A DNA stretch of 64,000 nucleotides, from NCBI GenBank assembly GCA_000004985.1, contig GG738871.1; one strand, 5' to 3'. Positions 1 through 10,769 of the stretch are shown piece by piece. A program made the translations under genes and the position numbers. How positions within the stretch are numbered: the first letter of the stretch is position 1; each line of letters begins with the position of its first letter. The DNA is from Naegleria gruberi (lineage: Eukaryota). The notes beneath the pieces are model-generated. The model was not told the origin of the DNA. It made no database searches and was given only the letters and a program-made list of their open reading frames with translations.

Positions 1-529
1 TATCAAGAATGTTCTTTTCCAATTCTACTGATTTCTTATCACAATTACCACTTCCAGTCATTGCCTCCTTCAATTCAATACCTTTCTTGAAAGCATGAGC
101 AGATTCTAAATAATCCCCACAATGATACAATGCCACACCATAAACAAAATTCCACACATAGGTCGCATCCAAACTTTCATCCAAATGCAATGCAAGTTTG
201 ATATCCTCCAAAGCTCCCTCATATTTCATAGCAGCCAATCTCACCACAGCTCTCTGCACATGCAATCTGGCAACTTGTGGATCTTGTGTAGTGTCGGCCT
301 TGATCTTTCCTTCCAATTTACTCTCGGCAATTAATTGTTTTCGGAATAAAATCTTCTCCTTCAAGTCCTTTGAAATATGACTCACTCCACTCTCAATCTT
401 TTCATTATTCTTTCTGATGCTAACATCAATGGAATGAACCAAATTGATGACCCGAGAAACAGCTAAAATTCCCACTCCTAAAGGAAAGAAGAGAATGAGA
501 AGAGGTCCTGAAATTGGTGAGCCACACAT
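1..529 (-). CDS. 5' part of a gene running off the window start. It has an N-terminal TM anchor (MCGSPISGPLLILFFPLGVGILAV) followed by TPR-like repeats, and is possibly a TOM70/TOM20-like outer-membrane receptor.
   Basis: The minus-strand reading is open from ATG (rc of 527-529) to the window edge. The product has a hydrophobic N-terminus and helical repeat motifs (ALEDIKLALHLDESLDATYVWNFVYGVALYHCGDYLESAHAFKKGIEL) typical of TPR. It is not in the supplied ORF track because it is truncated. Confidence 0.45.
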   Translation of the reverse strand, partial: MCGSPISGPLLILFFPLGVGILAVSRVINLVHSIDVSIRKNNEKIESGVSHISKDLKEKILFRKQLIAESKLEGKIKADTTQDPQVARLHVQRAVVRLAAMKYEGALEDIKLALHLDESLDATYVWNFVYGVALYHCGDYLESAHAFKKGIELKEAMTGSGNCDKKSVELEKNILD

Positions 530-1001
530 GTTGTTTCTTGACTTTGGATAACGATGATGAATTTGGTGTTTATAATAAACAGGTGTGATAGATATCAAAA
601 TCCTGGTTTTCAACGTTTTTTTTTGAAGAAATACTGGAACTATGCATCACCAAGTTCATCACAGTAAAAATTCTGCAAATTAGCATCATATGTACTGTTG
701 TAAATCCAACGTATACATTCACATTACCTCTTTCTTAAATGACCAAAATGGAGAATGCTCAAGGTCTTTTCTTATTGATTGCACTCAAGTAAATCCCTAA
801 TACAATTCAGTTTTGAGAAAGGATATGAAGATGAAACATGAAGGATTGTATTGTGGTTGATTAATAAATTTTAATTGAGAGGTAGCTCAATATGAACTTT
901 ATCCTTAATAATGAAATATTGAGCAACTTGGAACTTGAGCATCTACTAAACCAAAGTGAGTCTGTTATCACCAGACATATGTGAACAATTTAGTTTAAAT
1001 C

Positions 1002-2580
1002 TCAAACAATGAAAGAAAATATTAATCCCATATTCGAACCTATACTAATACCAAAGAGCAAGAAAAAGGTCATCATTGTTCCAGCAATTTCCTTCTCGTT
1101 ATTCTCTACACACTGAGGAGCAAACATCATCAATAATGAGCACAAGTAACCATTCGAAATTGAGACAAGGAAAATTGAAAAGAGTGGGAAGGCGTCGTAA
1201 ACATAATCATTATAACCAAATAGGCTAGGTCTATAATAAAATAAAAAGAGTGGTACGAAAAATACTCTCAATAACACTGGAATGGCAATGGTCTTCTTGT
1301 TGAAAGCAATAATCCAGTTTGGCATGGTTCTGCCAACAAATTCAAAAATGTTATTACTAGCTGCCATCAAAATTGGAAGCCAATATCTCATTGGTGTAGA
1401 GGAATACCAAGTTCTAACTCCAAGAGCTAAACCAGGGAAGAGTGAAATGGTCACCACAAACAGGAGCATTACCAGCAAGCACAAATACCAAATCTTTTTG
1501 AAAACAGTCAAAATAGATGCACTATTAGCATTTGAATTGTTACCATCTTCTAATTGTTTCTTCTTTGATAAATTAATATAATATTTACAATATGGATGCC
1601 TCACAACATAGATAAAACTCAAAATGCACAACAGGATTATAATAGAGCACACAATAAAGTAACTAGCAGTACTGTGAGTCATTCTCATTAGAGAGACATG
1701 CACTCTGTTCTGTTCAATAGTCAACTTGGTAACAATTCTCAAAAAAGAACACAACAATCCAGCAAGACCAGCACCTACCATGACAGCTTGGACGTACATG
1801 GAGGGAAGCATAGAGGCCAATCCAAAAATTCCAGATTGTAAAAAGCAATTACACAACGCACAAAACACTATAAAAGTTATTGTAATTATAAATCCAGAAG
1901 TTGATTCAGCATTTGAATATCCAATTATAGGAATGCTCAATAAAATCAATAATGTCACAACGTAGGCAGGAAATACTCTAAAATTAAGTGGAATTTTGCC
2001 TCCAAATTTAGTAAATACCAACAATCCCAATAAATTAGGAACACTATAAGCCACACTAAAGTACATCATTGCACTTTCTCCATAAATTTTAGTGAAATAA
2101 TCAGGTGCAGAAATAAAACTATTCCAAGGAAACAATACTCCACATCCTTCAAATTTAATTTTGTATCCAATTATTCCAATTTCAATATCAATCCGAAATA
2201 TATGCGTGATATAATTCAATTAAAACAAAATAATACAAAATTAATATTAAAACCAATATTCTTATTTTGACAAACAACATACCCTGCAAAACAAATATGA
2301 AATACAACAATTTTCCATTCACTTGTGGTTCCGAATCCAAAATAATACTCTTAGCCTGTTCCTTCCTTCTCTCTTCATTCAAATGACCTTCATCATCCAT
2401 ATCCTCCGAATAAGCCATCGAATCCACACTCTGCCCACCATGATGTAATCCCATCATCTTGTTGTTACTCATCAAATGAGGAGCATTATGTTGTTGCTGG
2501 TGGTGTTGTATGAGATGATTACTCTCTTCCTCACCTCCTTTTGTATTTGGCGCGAAATTCACAGAGCCTTTGGAAAACAT
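1002..2580 (-). CDS. Equilibrative nucleoside transporter (ENT/SLC29 family). Two exons: 2283..2580 and 1002..2146, with a 136-nt intron 2147..2282 (GTATGT...AG).
   Basis: Splicing joins the 130-aa and 405-aa ORFs. This creates ...KLLYFIFVLQ-GCGVLFPWNSFISAPDYF, which matches the ENT TM1 signature (LG.G.LLPWN.F.TA..YF). The protein is about 480 aa with 11 predicted TM helices. The phase-1 junction was checked by hand. Confidence 0.8.
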
Positions 2581-3119
2581 TTTTTCTTCACAGATTCAAA
2601 AGAACACACTCTTATTGACCAAGAAGTTTGTTGTTTGTATGATGATGAGGTATTAGACTTCTTCTTTATCCGCTGCTCTTGCTCTTGGAAGAAAAGGATG
2701 AAGTTCTGTTTGTTAACGTTGTTGCTTGTTGGGGTTCATGTTTGAGGGAAGAAGTACATTAAAAAATTGGACCCTTTGCTTTTCTGGGATTTGGGTAGCA
2801 ATGGTGCTTATTTGGGTTACAGTAATTGGTTTATTTACAGTGAATATTTGAAAAGGTCAATTAAATAGTTAAGTGTTTTATGAGCTCTATTGTTGACAAT
2901 TTATTGTAATGCAGTGAGAGAATTATTCTTGCTTGAGAATACGAAGGAATTAGTGAGAGAAGAAATGAGAAGTACTCCAAATTGACTTCCTTTTTCCCAA
3001 TAAAACAATTGGGTAGGACATAATAATAGCTGTTAACCATCATCATTAACTTTATTCGAAACAAACTAAATGTTGTAATAAAACTAAAAAAAAAATTCAC
3101 ATCAACAACAAAATACACA

Positions 3120-4577
3120 ATGCAAACATCAAGCACACCTCTGATAGTCAGTAAAATCGCTTGTATTGGTGCCGGGTACGTCGGTGGACCAACAATGACA
3201 GTCATTGCCAACAAATGTCATGATATTCAAGTTGTCATCTATGACATGAATCAACACAGAATTGATGAATGGAATAGTGATCATTTGCCAATCTATGAAC
3301 CTGGCTTGGAAGAATTAGTATTCGAAAGAAGAGGTAAAAATCTTCATTTTACAACTGATTATGCTCAAGTTGTTGATGCTGACATTATTTTCCTTTCGGT
3401 TAACACACCAACTAAATATTATGGTGTTGGAAAGGGTAGAGCAGCTGATTTAAAGTATATTGAATCATGTGCTAGACAATTGAGAGATACTATTAAATCA
3501 GGAAGAAAGATTATTGTTGAAAAGTCAACTGTACCAATTAGAACATCAATTGCTGTAAAGAGAATTTTGGAGAGTGGTGACAGTCAAGCTCAATTTGATA
3601 TCTTGTCTAATCCAGAGTTTCTTGCTGAAGGAACTGCTATTTCCGATTTGAATGCTCCTGATAGAGTTTTAATTGGTGGTGAATCTGATTATGCTATTCA
3701 AGCATTGTCAAGTGTTTATGCCAGATGGGTTCCAAAGGAAAATATCATTACTACTAATTTGTGGTCTAGTGAATTGAGTAAATTGGTTGCTAATTGCATG
3801 CTTGCTCAAAGAATTTCATCAATGAATGCCATTTCTGCATTGTGTGAAAAGACTGGTGCTGATGTTCAACAAGTTTCATATGCAGTTGGTAAGGATACAA
3901 GAATTGGTGCTAAATTCTTGCAAGCTTCTGTTGGTTTTGGTGGAAGTTGTTTCCAAAAGGACATTTTGAATTTAGTTTACTTGGCAGAACATTACAATTT
4001 ACCAGAAGTTGCCAAATACTTTTATGGAATTATTGAAATTAACGATTATCAAAGAGATAGATTTGCCAAGAAGGTCATTCACAAGTTATTTAACACTGTT
4101 TCAAATAAGAAGATTTGTATCTTGGGTTTTGCCTTCAAGAAGAATACATCAGACACTAGAGAATCATCAACCATTTACATTTGTAAATCATTGTTGGAAG
4201 AAAGAGCTCAAATTTGTATCTATGATCCAAAAGTTACTGAAAATCAAATGAGATACGATTTGAAGAGTTTGATGAATGATTCCTATGGAGGTGATTTCAG
4301 TGCCATTTCTGAAACTTCACCAGAAAGTGAACTCGTCTCTAAGAATGTCAAAGTCTTCTCTGATCCATATGAAGCCATGGCTGATGCTCATGCTATTCTC
4401 GTTTTAACTGAATGGGATGAATTCAAGACTTATGATTATCAGCGTGTCTTTGATTCCATGAAGAAACCAGCTAATTTGTTTGATGGTAGAAATATTCTCG
4501 ATAGAGAACAATTGGAACAAATTGGATTTGAAGTTTATCAAATTGGTAAACAAGAAAAGAATCTTGCCGATTGGTAA
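3120..4577 (+). CDS. UGDH: UDP-glucose 6-dehydrogenase
   Basis: A 485-aa single-exon ORF. It has the N-terminal Rossmann motif [13 protein letters not shown], the catalytic region [10 protein letters not shown] and full-length collinearity with UGDH. Confidence 0.92.
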   Translation: MQTSSTPLIVSKIACIGAGYVGGPTMTVIANKCHDIQVVIYDMNQHRIDEWNSDHLPIYEPGLEELVFERRGKNLHFTTDYAQVVDADIIFLSVNTPTKYYGVGKGRAADLKYIESCARQLRDTIKSGRKIIVEKSTVPIRTSIAVKRILESGDSQAQFDILSNPEFLAEGTAISDLNAPDRVLIGGESDYAIQALSSVYARWVPKENIITTNLWSSELSKLVANCMLAQRISSMNAISALCEKTGADVQQVSYAVGKDTRIGAKFLQASVGFGGSCFQKDILNLVYLAEHYNLPEVAKYFYGIIEINDYQRDRFAKKVIHKLFNTVSNKKICILGFAFKKNTSDTRESSTIYICKSLLEERAQICIYDPKVTENQMRYDLKSLMNDSYGGDFSAISETSPESELVSKNVKVFSDPYEAMADAHAILVLTEWDEFKTYDYQRVFDSMKKPANLFDGRNILDREQLEQIGFEVYQIGKQEKNLADW

Positions 4578-4655
4578 TTTCTCAATAAATTATAATTTTA
4601 TACTCAAGAATTATTTCAAAATTTTACAAAATTGGAAATTCCAGAATTGGCAAAA

Positions 4656-5072
4656 TTATTTACGCTTGTAAACGTCAACCTTTCTATTCTTTTTGTGATG
4701 TTTTCTATTCTTTCTATTCTTTCTGTTCTTTCTGTTCTTTCTATTCTTCTTTCCATAAGTATCAATTCTTCTCTTCTTGTTACTTCTCTTCTTCTTTCCA
4801 TAAACGTCAATCTTCTTTCTGATAATTCTCTTCTTTCCATGTCTCTTCAAACCTCTTCTCTTTCCATAGGTATCCAAATACTTGTTGAGTTTTCTGTGAT
4901 TTCTTCTCTTTTTGTGATTTTTAACTCGTTTGAGCTTTCTTTGCTTGTTATTGGTTTTGGCAATGTACAAGGACATGGTTTCTGCTTCCTCTGCTTGAAC
5001 ATTGGAAGTCATGGACAAGGCAATGATAGCCAAGGTTAAGGCAATTAATAGAATTGAAACGAATCTTTTCAT
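4656..5072 (-). CDS. Secreted, extremely basic repeat protein. Signal peptide, short acidic pro-region, then K/R-rich repeats of D(T/V)YGK(K/R)n and (KNR)n.
   Basis: A 138-aa ORF. The N-terminus MKRFVSILLIALTLAIIALSMTSNVQA is a classic signal peptide. The remainder is over 55% Lys/Arg with repeated DTYGK/DVYGK units and KNRKNRKNRKNRK. The DNA shows the matching (TTCTNTTC)n microsatellite at about 4683-4760. Confidence 0.55.
   Translation of the reverse strand: MKRFVSILLIALTLAIIALSMTSNVQAEEAETMSLYIAKTNNKQRKLKRVKNHKKRRNHRKLNKYLDTYGKRRGLKRHGKKRIIRKKIDVYGKKKRSNKKRRIDTYGKKNRKNRKNRKNRKNRKHHKKNRKVDVYKRK
4683..4760. repeat. Imperfect (TTCTATTC/TTCTGTTC)n microsatellite inside the basic-protein CDS. 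It encodes the KNRKNR tract on the minus strand.
   Basis: Direct reading shows ttctattctttctattctttctgttctttctgttctttctattcttc. Confidence 0.8.
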
Positions 5073-5307
5073 TTTTTGTTTTGAGAAGTTTGTTATTATT
5101 GATGTTTTGAATTTATACCTTTCGAATGGGTTTTTGAAATTAGTTCTTAATCTTTTTTGGAAAGAAAGCAGACGAGTGAATTAAACATTTTCAGAGTATG
5201 TATTGGTTAAAGATATGGATTTAAAAGAGCAATGCATAATATTGTATAAAATCAAGTTCAAAGAAAGAACTCTAAGATTTATCAAAAATTGCAAGTTGCA
5301 AAATTCC

Positions 5308-6555
5308 TTATTTCCCTTCTTCTATGTTTCTAAAAATGCAACATTTAACAATCATGGAATAGAGTGCTACTTTGTGTGCGTGTTTGATATCTGAATTTGT
5401 TGTTTCCACATAGAGTGCACCATCCATAATATCAAAGGCCACTTTCTGAGCTTGCTCCTTATTAACACGTCTTCCATTGATGAGATCTGTCTTATTTCCA
5501 ATAAGGACCACTTCACTATGGTGAGCGTCATAATTCTTTAATTCATTATACCACAATGGGATGTGTTCGAAACTAGTCTCATTGGTCAAATCGAATAATA
5601 GAAAGACAACATGAACATTTCGGTAATGCATCCTAGTTAGAGGAGTAAATCTCTCTGGACCATAAACATCCCATATCTGAAAGTCATATCTTTTATCCTG
5701 TGAAAATTGATAAGTCTTACTGAAGAAATTTGATCCAATCGTTGGAATATCCACATATTTTCCAAAAGTCTTATTGAAAATGATACAATTAATAAAAGAT
5801 GTCTTTCCTGAAAAACTGTCTCCACTCATGGAACATTTGAAAGAGTACTGATCATTTCCAAACTTTTGAGGCGTATAAGGATATAGACTTTTCGAAGGAT
5901 TTGAACTCTGTGTTGATTGACCACTCGGTGCTCCAAAATATGAACCCAAAAATTGAAATATTCCTTTAAAAACTGAATTTCCACATGTAGAGCTTGATTT
6001 CTCTTCCTTCTTTGTTTCAACATTCTCCTTCTTTTCATTCGAATGCTCGTCCTTCTTCTTCAAATCTGAAAAGTTTGAAAAGTATCGAGTGATCAATTCC
6101 AATTCACTCATCAATTGTTTTACAATTTTTTCATCCAAATCACCATTAACATTGGCCAAGTCAATAACTCCAGGAATATCCAACTTCTCTAAATTAGCTT
6201 CAATCCATCGATCAGCCACTTGATAAATGAATTTTCTCAACATTGTTTTTCTGAATTTTCTATTAGAATGGAGAAAATCATCATCATCATGATCGGAATT
6301 AATTTTCTCTACTATTTCATTATGATCTGATTTAGTGGATGATTTAAAGGGTGAGGAATTGGATGATTCATATGAATTGAAAGTAAATTCTAGTTCATAT
6401 TGTTTTGTAATAATTGGCAAGATTAACCTTCGCCAAGATTTACAAACATTTGAGTGGGAAAATATTAAATCTACAGATGGCAGATAGGAAAAAATTTCGT
6501 TATTAATTTCCTCTGGTAAAATTTCAAAGAGGTTATGTACTTTGTTAATGATCAT
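5308..6555 (-). CDS. F-box domain protein fused to a C-terminal Ras-superfamily (Rab/Ras-like) GTPase domain
   Basis: The N-terminal LPEEINNEIFSYLPSVDLIFSHSNVCKSWRRLI is an F-box. The C-terminus carries G1 GDSFSGKT, a G3-like WDVYGPE (canonical DTAGQE with Gln replaced by Pro) and G4 GNKTD. Confidence 0.65.
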   Translation of the reverse strand: MIINKVHNLFEILPEEINNEIFSYLPSVDLIFSHSNVCKSWRRLILPIITKQYELEFTFNSYESSNSSPFKSSTKSDHNEIVEKINSDHDDDDFLHSNRKFRKTMLRKFIYQVADRWIEANLEKLDIPGVIDLANVNGDLDEKIVKQLMSELELITRYFSNFSDLKKKDEHSNEKKENVETKKEEKSSSTCGNSVFKGIFQFLGSYFGAPSGQSTQSSNPSKSLYPYTPQKFGNDQYSFKCSMSGDSFSGKTSFINCIIFNKTFGKYVDIPTIGSNFFSKTYQFSQDKRYDFQIWDVYGPERFTPLTRMHYRNVHVVFLLFDLTNETSFEHIPLWYNELKNYDAHHSEVVLIGNKTDLINGRRVNKEQAQKVAFDIMDGALYVETTNSDIKHAHKVALYSMIVKCCIFRNIEEGK

Positions 6556-6623
6556 TTTTTTTGTAATGATAATATATTAATTAAATATATTTAATATTTA
6601 ATTGTAAATAATTTAAAAAAAAA

Positions 6624-7490
6624 ATGAATAGAGTCATCATTCGATTGTATGATTTTTTAGACTACTCCAACGAAACATCAAATCCATGCCACTACTATTA
6701 TACAATGCTAACTGATAAATTAAGGGAGAAAATTCCCTCCTACCACATTGTCCGCTCCCTGCAAGATATTAAACATGAATTAATTTCATATTCACCATCA
6801 ATGGGACAATTAATATACAATAATATTTTGGAACGTTATTTTAATAATAGAAGTAACATGGATCCACAGAAGAAATCGATGAGATTTTCCTCCATTCAAA
6901 GCCATGCATTTGGAATTTTATTTAATAATCGACATGTTGATATCATGAAGCATGATTTGATACTATTCTCGTTCAATGGAACGGGAAAGACGTGGCTTAC
7001 TTGTTTGTATTGTTTGCAACAAATATTGGCGGGAAAAGTTAGGAGAGTCATTGTAGTTTGTCCAATATTGGAATATTGTCATCAATATGAAGAAAACTTA
7101 AAGACAATGATTGGATCTACTACTGATTCACAAGATGTTTTCTCATTCAAAATATTGAATAGTGCAACAGAAACGAAGGAATCAACGAAACATGTTAATA
7201 TTATCATTAGTAGTTTATCGAGATTGTTGGGATTCATTAGAAGAGGAATTATTGATACAACAGATGTGGATTTAGTTATTGTGGATGATTTCGAATATTC
7301 AAAATCGTTGAATTCATTGCAAGATTTCAAATATTTCTTTTCAAGATTTAACAACGCAAGAGCGATTGTTTCAACTGAAGGTGATAAGAAGATAATTCCA
7401 CCAGTATTGAATAATCCTGCAATACTTTGTAGTATTCCTTTCAGTAATGAAAGTTATTACAATTACATCAATTTTGTTGGAAATCATTGA
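6624..7490 (+). CDS. Degenerate DEAD-box helicase N-domain-like protein (RecA-like domain 1 only)
   Basis: Motif I-like FNGTGKT, Ia-like VVCPILEY, a degenerate motif II VIVDDFEY and a SAT-like STEG. There is no helicase C-domain. The assignment is tentative. Confidence 0.35.
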   Translation: MNRVIIRLYDFLDYSNETSNPCHYYYTMLTDKLREKIPSYHIVRSLQDIKHELISYSPSMGQLIYNNILERYFNNRSNMDPQKKSMRFSSIQSHAFGILFNNRHVDIMKHDLILFSFNGTGKTWLTCLYCLQQILAGKVRRVIVVCPILEYCHQYEENLKTMIGSTTDSQDVFSFKILNSATETKESTKHVNIIISSLSRLLGFIRRGIIDTTDVDLVIVDDFEYSKSLNSLQDFKYFFSRFNNARAIVSTEGDKKIIPPVLNNPAILCSIPFSNESYYNYINFVGNH

Positions 7491-7549
7491 GCATATCAAT
7501 ATCACTAATCTTTTGATATCTCAAAAATTGGATTTGAAGAACCATTGAT

Positions 7550-8375
7550 TTGTACCTAAAACGAGTATTGGAGTATTGGCATACAGTTATTAGTTTGGTA
7601 AGTCTCTCCCTTGTATGCAAGGAGTGGAATCGGATAGCAAGTTGCAATGATTTGTGGGAATTTTACTTTCATTTACTTTCGAATAATCGGAAGGGAAAAA
7701 CAAAAGTTTCTTCCGATACTATTTCACAAGATGAAAATTTCTGGAAACACAAAATGAGAGATAATTTCACTCAATATGCTTGCAGAGTTTCTAACAAGAT
7801 TACACTTTATCAAAATTATTTACAAATTTGTGAATTGAAAGGAAATTTCCCTGACAAGTTTTCATCACAATTGACCAGAATGATTCTAGCAAGAATGATG
7901 ATCAATTCCATTCAATATACAGATGATTTAAACCTTAAACCATTCCAAAAATATTTGGGGTTTAAAGAGCACTTTCATGCAACTACATTTCAAGTTGACT
8001 GTGAAAATTAGTGGAATTGATGAGCCACTAATTGTAAGAACCAACTCGTATATTTACAAAGGAGATCTACCCTATTTTAGTTATCATTATTTAGACAATT
8101 ATTACTTGTACTTTGCTAAGGAAAGTGATGACAAATTAAGGAATGAAATATTTATGAATAATGGAAATTTTACACAAGTTTTGGAAAATAATTGTTCATT
8201 CCTTTACATTTTTAATGGAAAGGATAATGAGCCAACAGTTCATGGCCATAATTATCTTGTAGATTCATTTTTAGATTCATTGATTCCCTCTCTGAATCAA
8301 TTTCAAATTTCACCACTCAAAATAATTCCATTTTGGTGTTTTTTATTTGTCAAAATGATGAATAACCATTGCTGA
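7550..8375 (+). CDS. F-box-like protein. Two consecutive ORFs in different frames (7550..8011 and 7977..8375) are probably joined by a small intron or a frame error.
   Basis: LVSLSLVCKEWNRIASCNDLWEFYF is F-box-like. The downstream ORF has no start of its own and overlaps the end of the first ORF. Confidence 0.3.
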
Positions 8376-8439
8376 CGGAAAAGAGAAAACATTTAAGGAA
8401 TTTTACAAATTTTATCCTAATCTAATTTCAAATCCTATA

Positions 8440-8823
8440 TTGTACCACTATTTCTATAAGAAATACTTGGCAAGAGTTGAGTCTGTTCCCAAGCTTATTC
8501 TTGCTCGTTTTCGTAACTTTCTTCCAATAAGCAAAAGTGAGGCTAAAGCTGTTGAGATAATTAAATCCAACAATGTGGATTCTATGGTAGTATTGGATAA
8601 TGGCATGAAGAATGCAATCAAATCTCTCTTTGATTCTTTTAAAAATCTAAAACAGGACAAACCAATTCCAATACCACCACAGATAAATCGTGAAAGAATT
8701 GAAGATGAGCAATATTTGAGCATGGCAAGATATTTGGCTGAACTGCATAGAATGGGAAAGTCAAAGGAATATATGAATTGGTATTTGGCACGCAAGTTTA
8801 AATATCAAAATTCAGTTTATTGA
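8440..8823 (+). CDS. Hypothetical 127-aa protein
   Basis: ORF only, with no recognisable domain. It converges on the 3' end of the next gene. Confidence 0.25.
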   Translation: MYHYFYKKYLARVESVPKLILARFRNFLPISKSEAKAVEIIKSNNVDSMVVLDNGMKNAIKSLFDSFKNLKQDKPIPIPPQINRERIEDEQYLSMARYLAELHRMGKSKEYMNWYLARKFKYQNSVY

Positions 8824-10094
8824 ATGTAAACAAATTCGATTTGAGTTTTACCATTGTTGCTTGTAATCAATGCAAATCTTCCCAAAGTACCATAAACTTG
8901 AGTATCATGGGCAACATCAATGTGAATTTCTCTTCTTGGAACAAGAATGTTATCTTGATGGAAACCAATCAAACCAACATCACATGCCATACCATAAAAA
9001 GCAGTCTTTCCGTAGGCAGCAATTTGAGATGAACAAACTTTTGGTGGAATACCAAACAATGAATTGGCGTTAATTTCATAACCCAATGTAACTGTGGTAT
9101 TGGTTACATCGAATCTCAAAGCAGACAATGAACTATCAGCATTCATGCATGAAAGGAAGAATGAGTTAGTATCTCTTGAAATAAGATTTGAGCACTTATC
9201 TAATTGGAAATAAATACCATTTTTTCCAACCAATTTGACTGTTGCAATGATACCTCTTTGCAAATTACGTTTTTCAACAATAGAAACAGAATTTCCATAA
9301 CTCTTATCTGGAATGGCCAAGAAATCCTTTCCTACAGTCAAGAATGCATGTTGTGGAGCAAAGTTAATGTAAAAGTTACTTGGAGTGGCCAATAAAGTAG
9401 CACCAGTTTGAGGATGGATTGCAGTAATTCCACTACTGTACAAAATGTACAAAGTTGGTACAGATTGAGAAAGATCATACAAGAATTGACATCCACTTTG
9501 AATTCCTGAAAGGTTAATAATCCAATTACCAATACCACTCTTTCTATCAACATTGACAATGAAATTTCCAGAAGCAATAATCAAACCATAATCAGTAAGT
9601 ACCATTGCATGGATATTGTTATTGGTTTTAGTATCGAATAAAACTTGACTGTTTTGATCATTAGATAAAATAGAAGATCTCAAAACGAATGAAACTCCAT
9701 TAGTAGTGTTTCTTCTAACAGTATAGTATCCAAAGTTTTCATCCATCACTGGCAAGACATCCATCAATTCATATTCCTTTGGAATTTTAACCTTACTACT
9801 ACTCATTCCACCATCACGTTCAATACAAACAATAACTTGTCCACCACTTGCTTGATCAACACTCAAACCACAGAAATTCAAAGCATAGACAGGCATTACA
9901 ATAGAATTTGGGATTAACTTGAGACCATCATACATCTTGATTACATCTCTTTGTAAATCATAGGTTCCGAGATCAGAATTTCTCGATCTACCAGTATTAG
10001 CATTGGTTTGAATCCAGCCATCAATTCTACCGAAAACAAGAGCGCTATTCAATAAAACAAAGCAGCACAAGAGGAGTAACTTGGTTCTTATCAT
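8817..10094 (-). CDS. Secreted hypothetical protein of about 425 aa with an N-terminal signal peptide
   Basis: The internal Met at MIRTKLLLLCCFVLLNSALVFG is a textbook signal peptide. The 21 codons upstream in the track ORF are probably leader. No recognisable domain. Confidence 0.5.
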   Translation of the reverse strand: MIRTKLLLLCCFVLLNSALVFGRIDGWIQTNANTGRSRNSDLGTYDLQRDVIKMYDGLKLIPNSIVMPVYALNFCGLSVDQASGGQVIVCIERDGGMSSSKVKIPKEYELMDVLPVMDENFGYYTVRRNTTNGVSFVLRSSILSNDQNSQVLFDTKTNNNIHAMVLTDYGLIIASGNFIVNVDRKSGIGNWIINLSGIQSGCQFLYDLSQSVPTLYILYSSGITAIHPQTGATLLATPSNFYINFAPQHAFLTVGKDFLAIPDKSYGNSVSIVEKRNLQRGIIATVKLVGKNGIYFQLDKCSNLISRDTNSFFLSCMNADSSLSALRFDVTNTTVTLGYEINANSLFGIPPKVCSSQIAAYGKTAFYGMACDVGLIGFHQDNILVPRREIHIDVAHDTQVYGTLGRFALITSNNGKTQIEFVYIQ

Positions 10095-10430
10095 GTTCGT
10101 TGTGTCGCTTTTTTTTTGAAATTCAAGATTGAACTGGATAAAAGATAACTCACACAAATACTGGATTGTTGGCGCGTTATTTTTTAATTGAATGGTAACC
10201 TTCTAAATGAAGTTTGGTTTGTGTAACCGTCATTGTATTGTATTCTTCACCTAGGGTTACCGATATTCCCTCCAAATTACTCCTTCTGCATATTTAATCT
10301 TTAACTGTTCTTTAATTTGTAACCCTGAATCAATGTCATTTTTCTTTCTGCTTGTATTGAGTCCGTTTGGCACCATCAAAGGGGTAATTTTATTAAGGCT
10401 ATGTAAGGAATTAATTCATAATGAATGTGA

Positions 10431-10500
10431 TCGGGTGTGGTATAGTGGTAGCATTCCAGACTGTCACAGACTGGCGACCCGGGTTCAATTTGTTTTGTTA
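10431..10500 (+). pseudogene. Degenerate tRNA-Asp(GUC)-like sequence (tRNA pseudogene or tRNA-derived element)
   Basis: Box-A-like TATAGTGGTAG, an anticodon-loop-like CTGTCAC (GTC), box-B-like GGGTTCAATT, then a TTGTTTT T-run. The acceptor and T stems cannot be paired. The anticodon stem has one mismatch plus a CAGACTG direct repeat. Confidence 0.35.
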
Positions 10501-10769
10501 GTGTGTGTTAGTAATAGATGAATGATATCGGTCAATCCTTATTTGGAAATTTCATTCCCGGCATTCGAGATTAATTTTTGACTCTGTCACAATGTATCTG
10601 AGTTTTTCTTTTTTCATTACATAAAGATAGACACGTGGTCTACCTTTGATTCAAATTTCAAAGATTCATTTATTAAAACCATCGAGAAAATAATCTCGGA
10701 TTTTTTAAGATTAAAATTTTCGCAGCTTTATTTAGTGAGCTTAAATGATTATTGATCTAGAGAAGTGTT

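Noticed and set aside
4632-5039. Plus-strand 135-aa ORF antisense to the basic secreted protein
   Set aside because: It is the mirror image of the coding microsatellite (SILSVLSVLSILL...). It has no signal peptide and no plausible protein.
10333-10521. 62-aa ORF spanning the tRNA-like element
   Set aside because: It overlaps the Pol III-type element and has no coding features.
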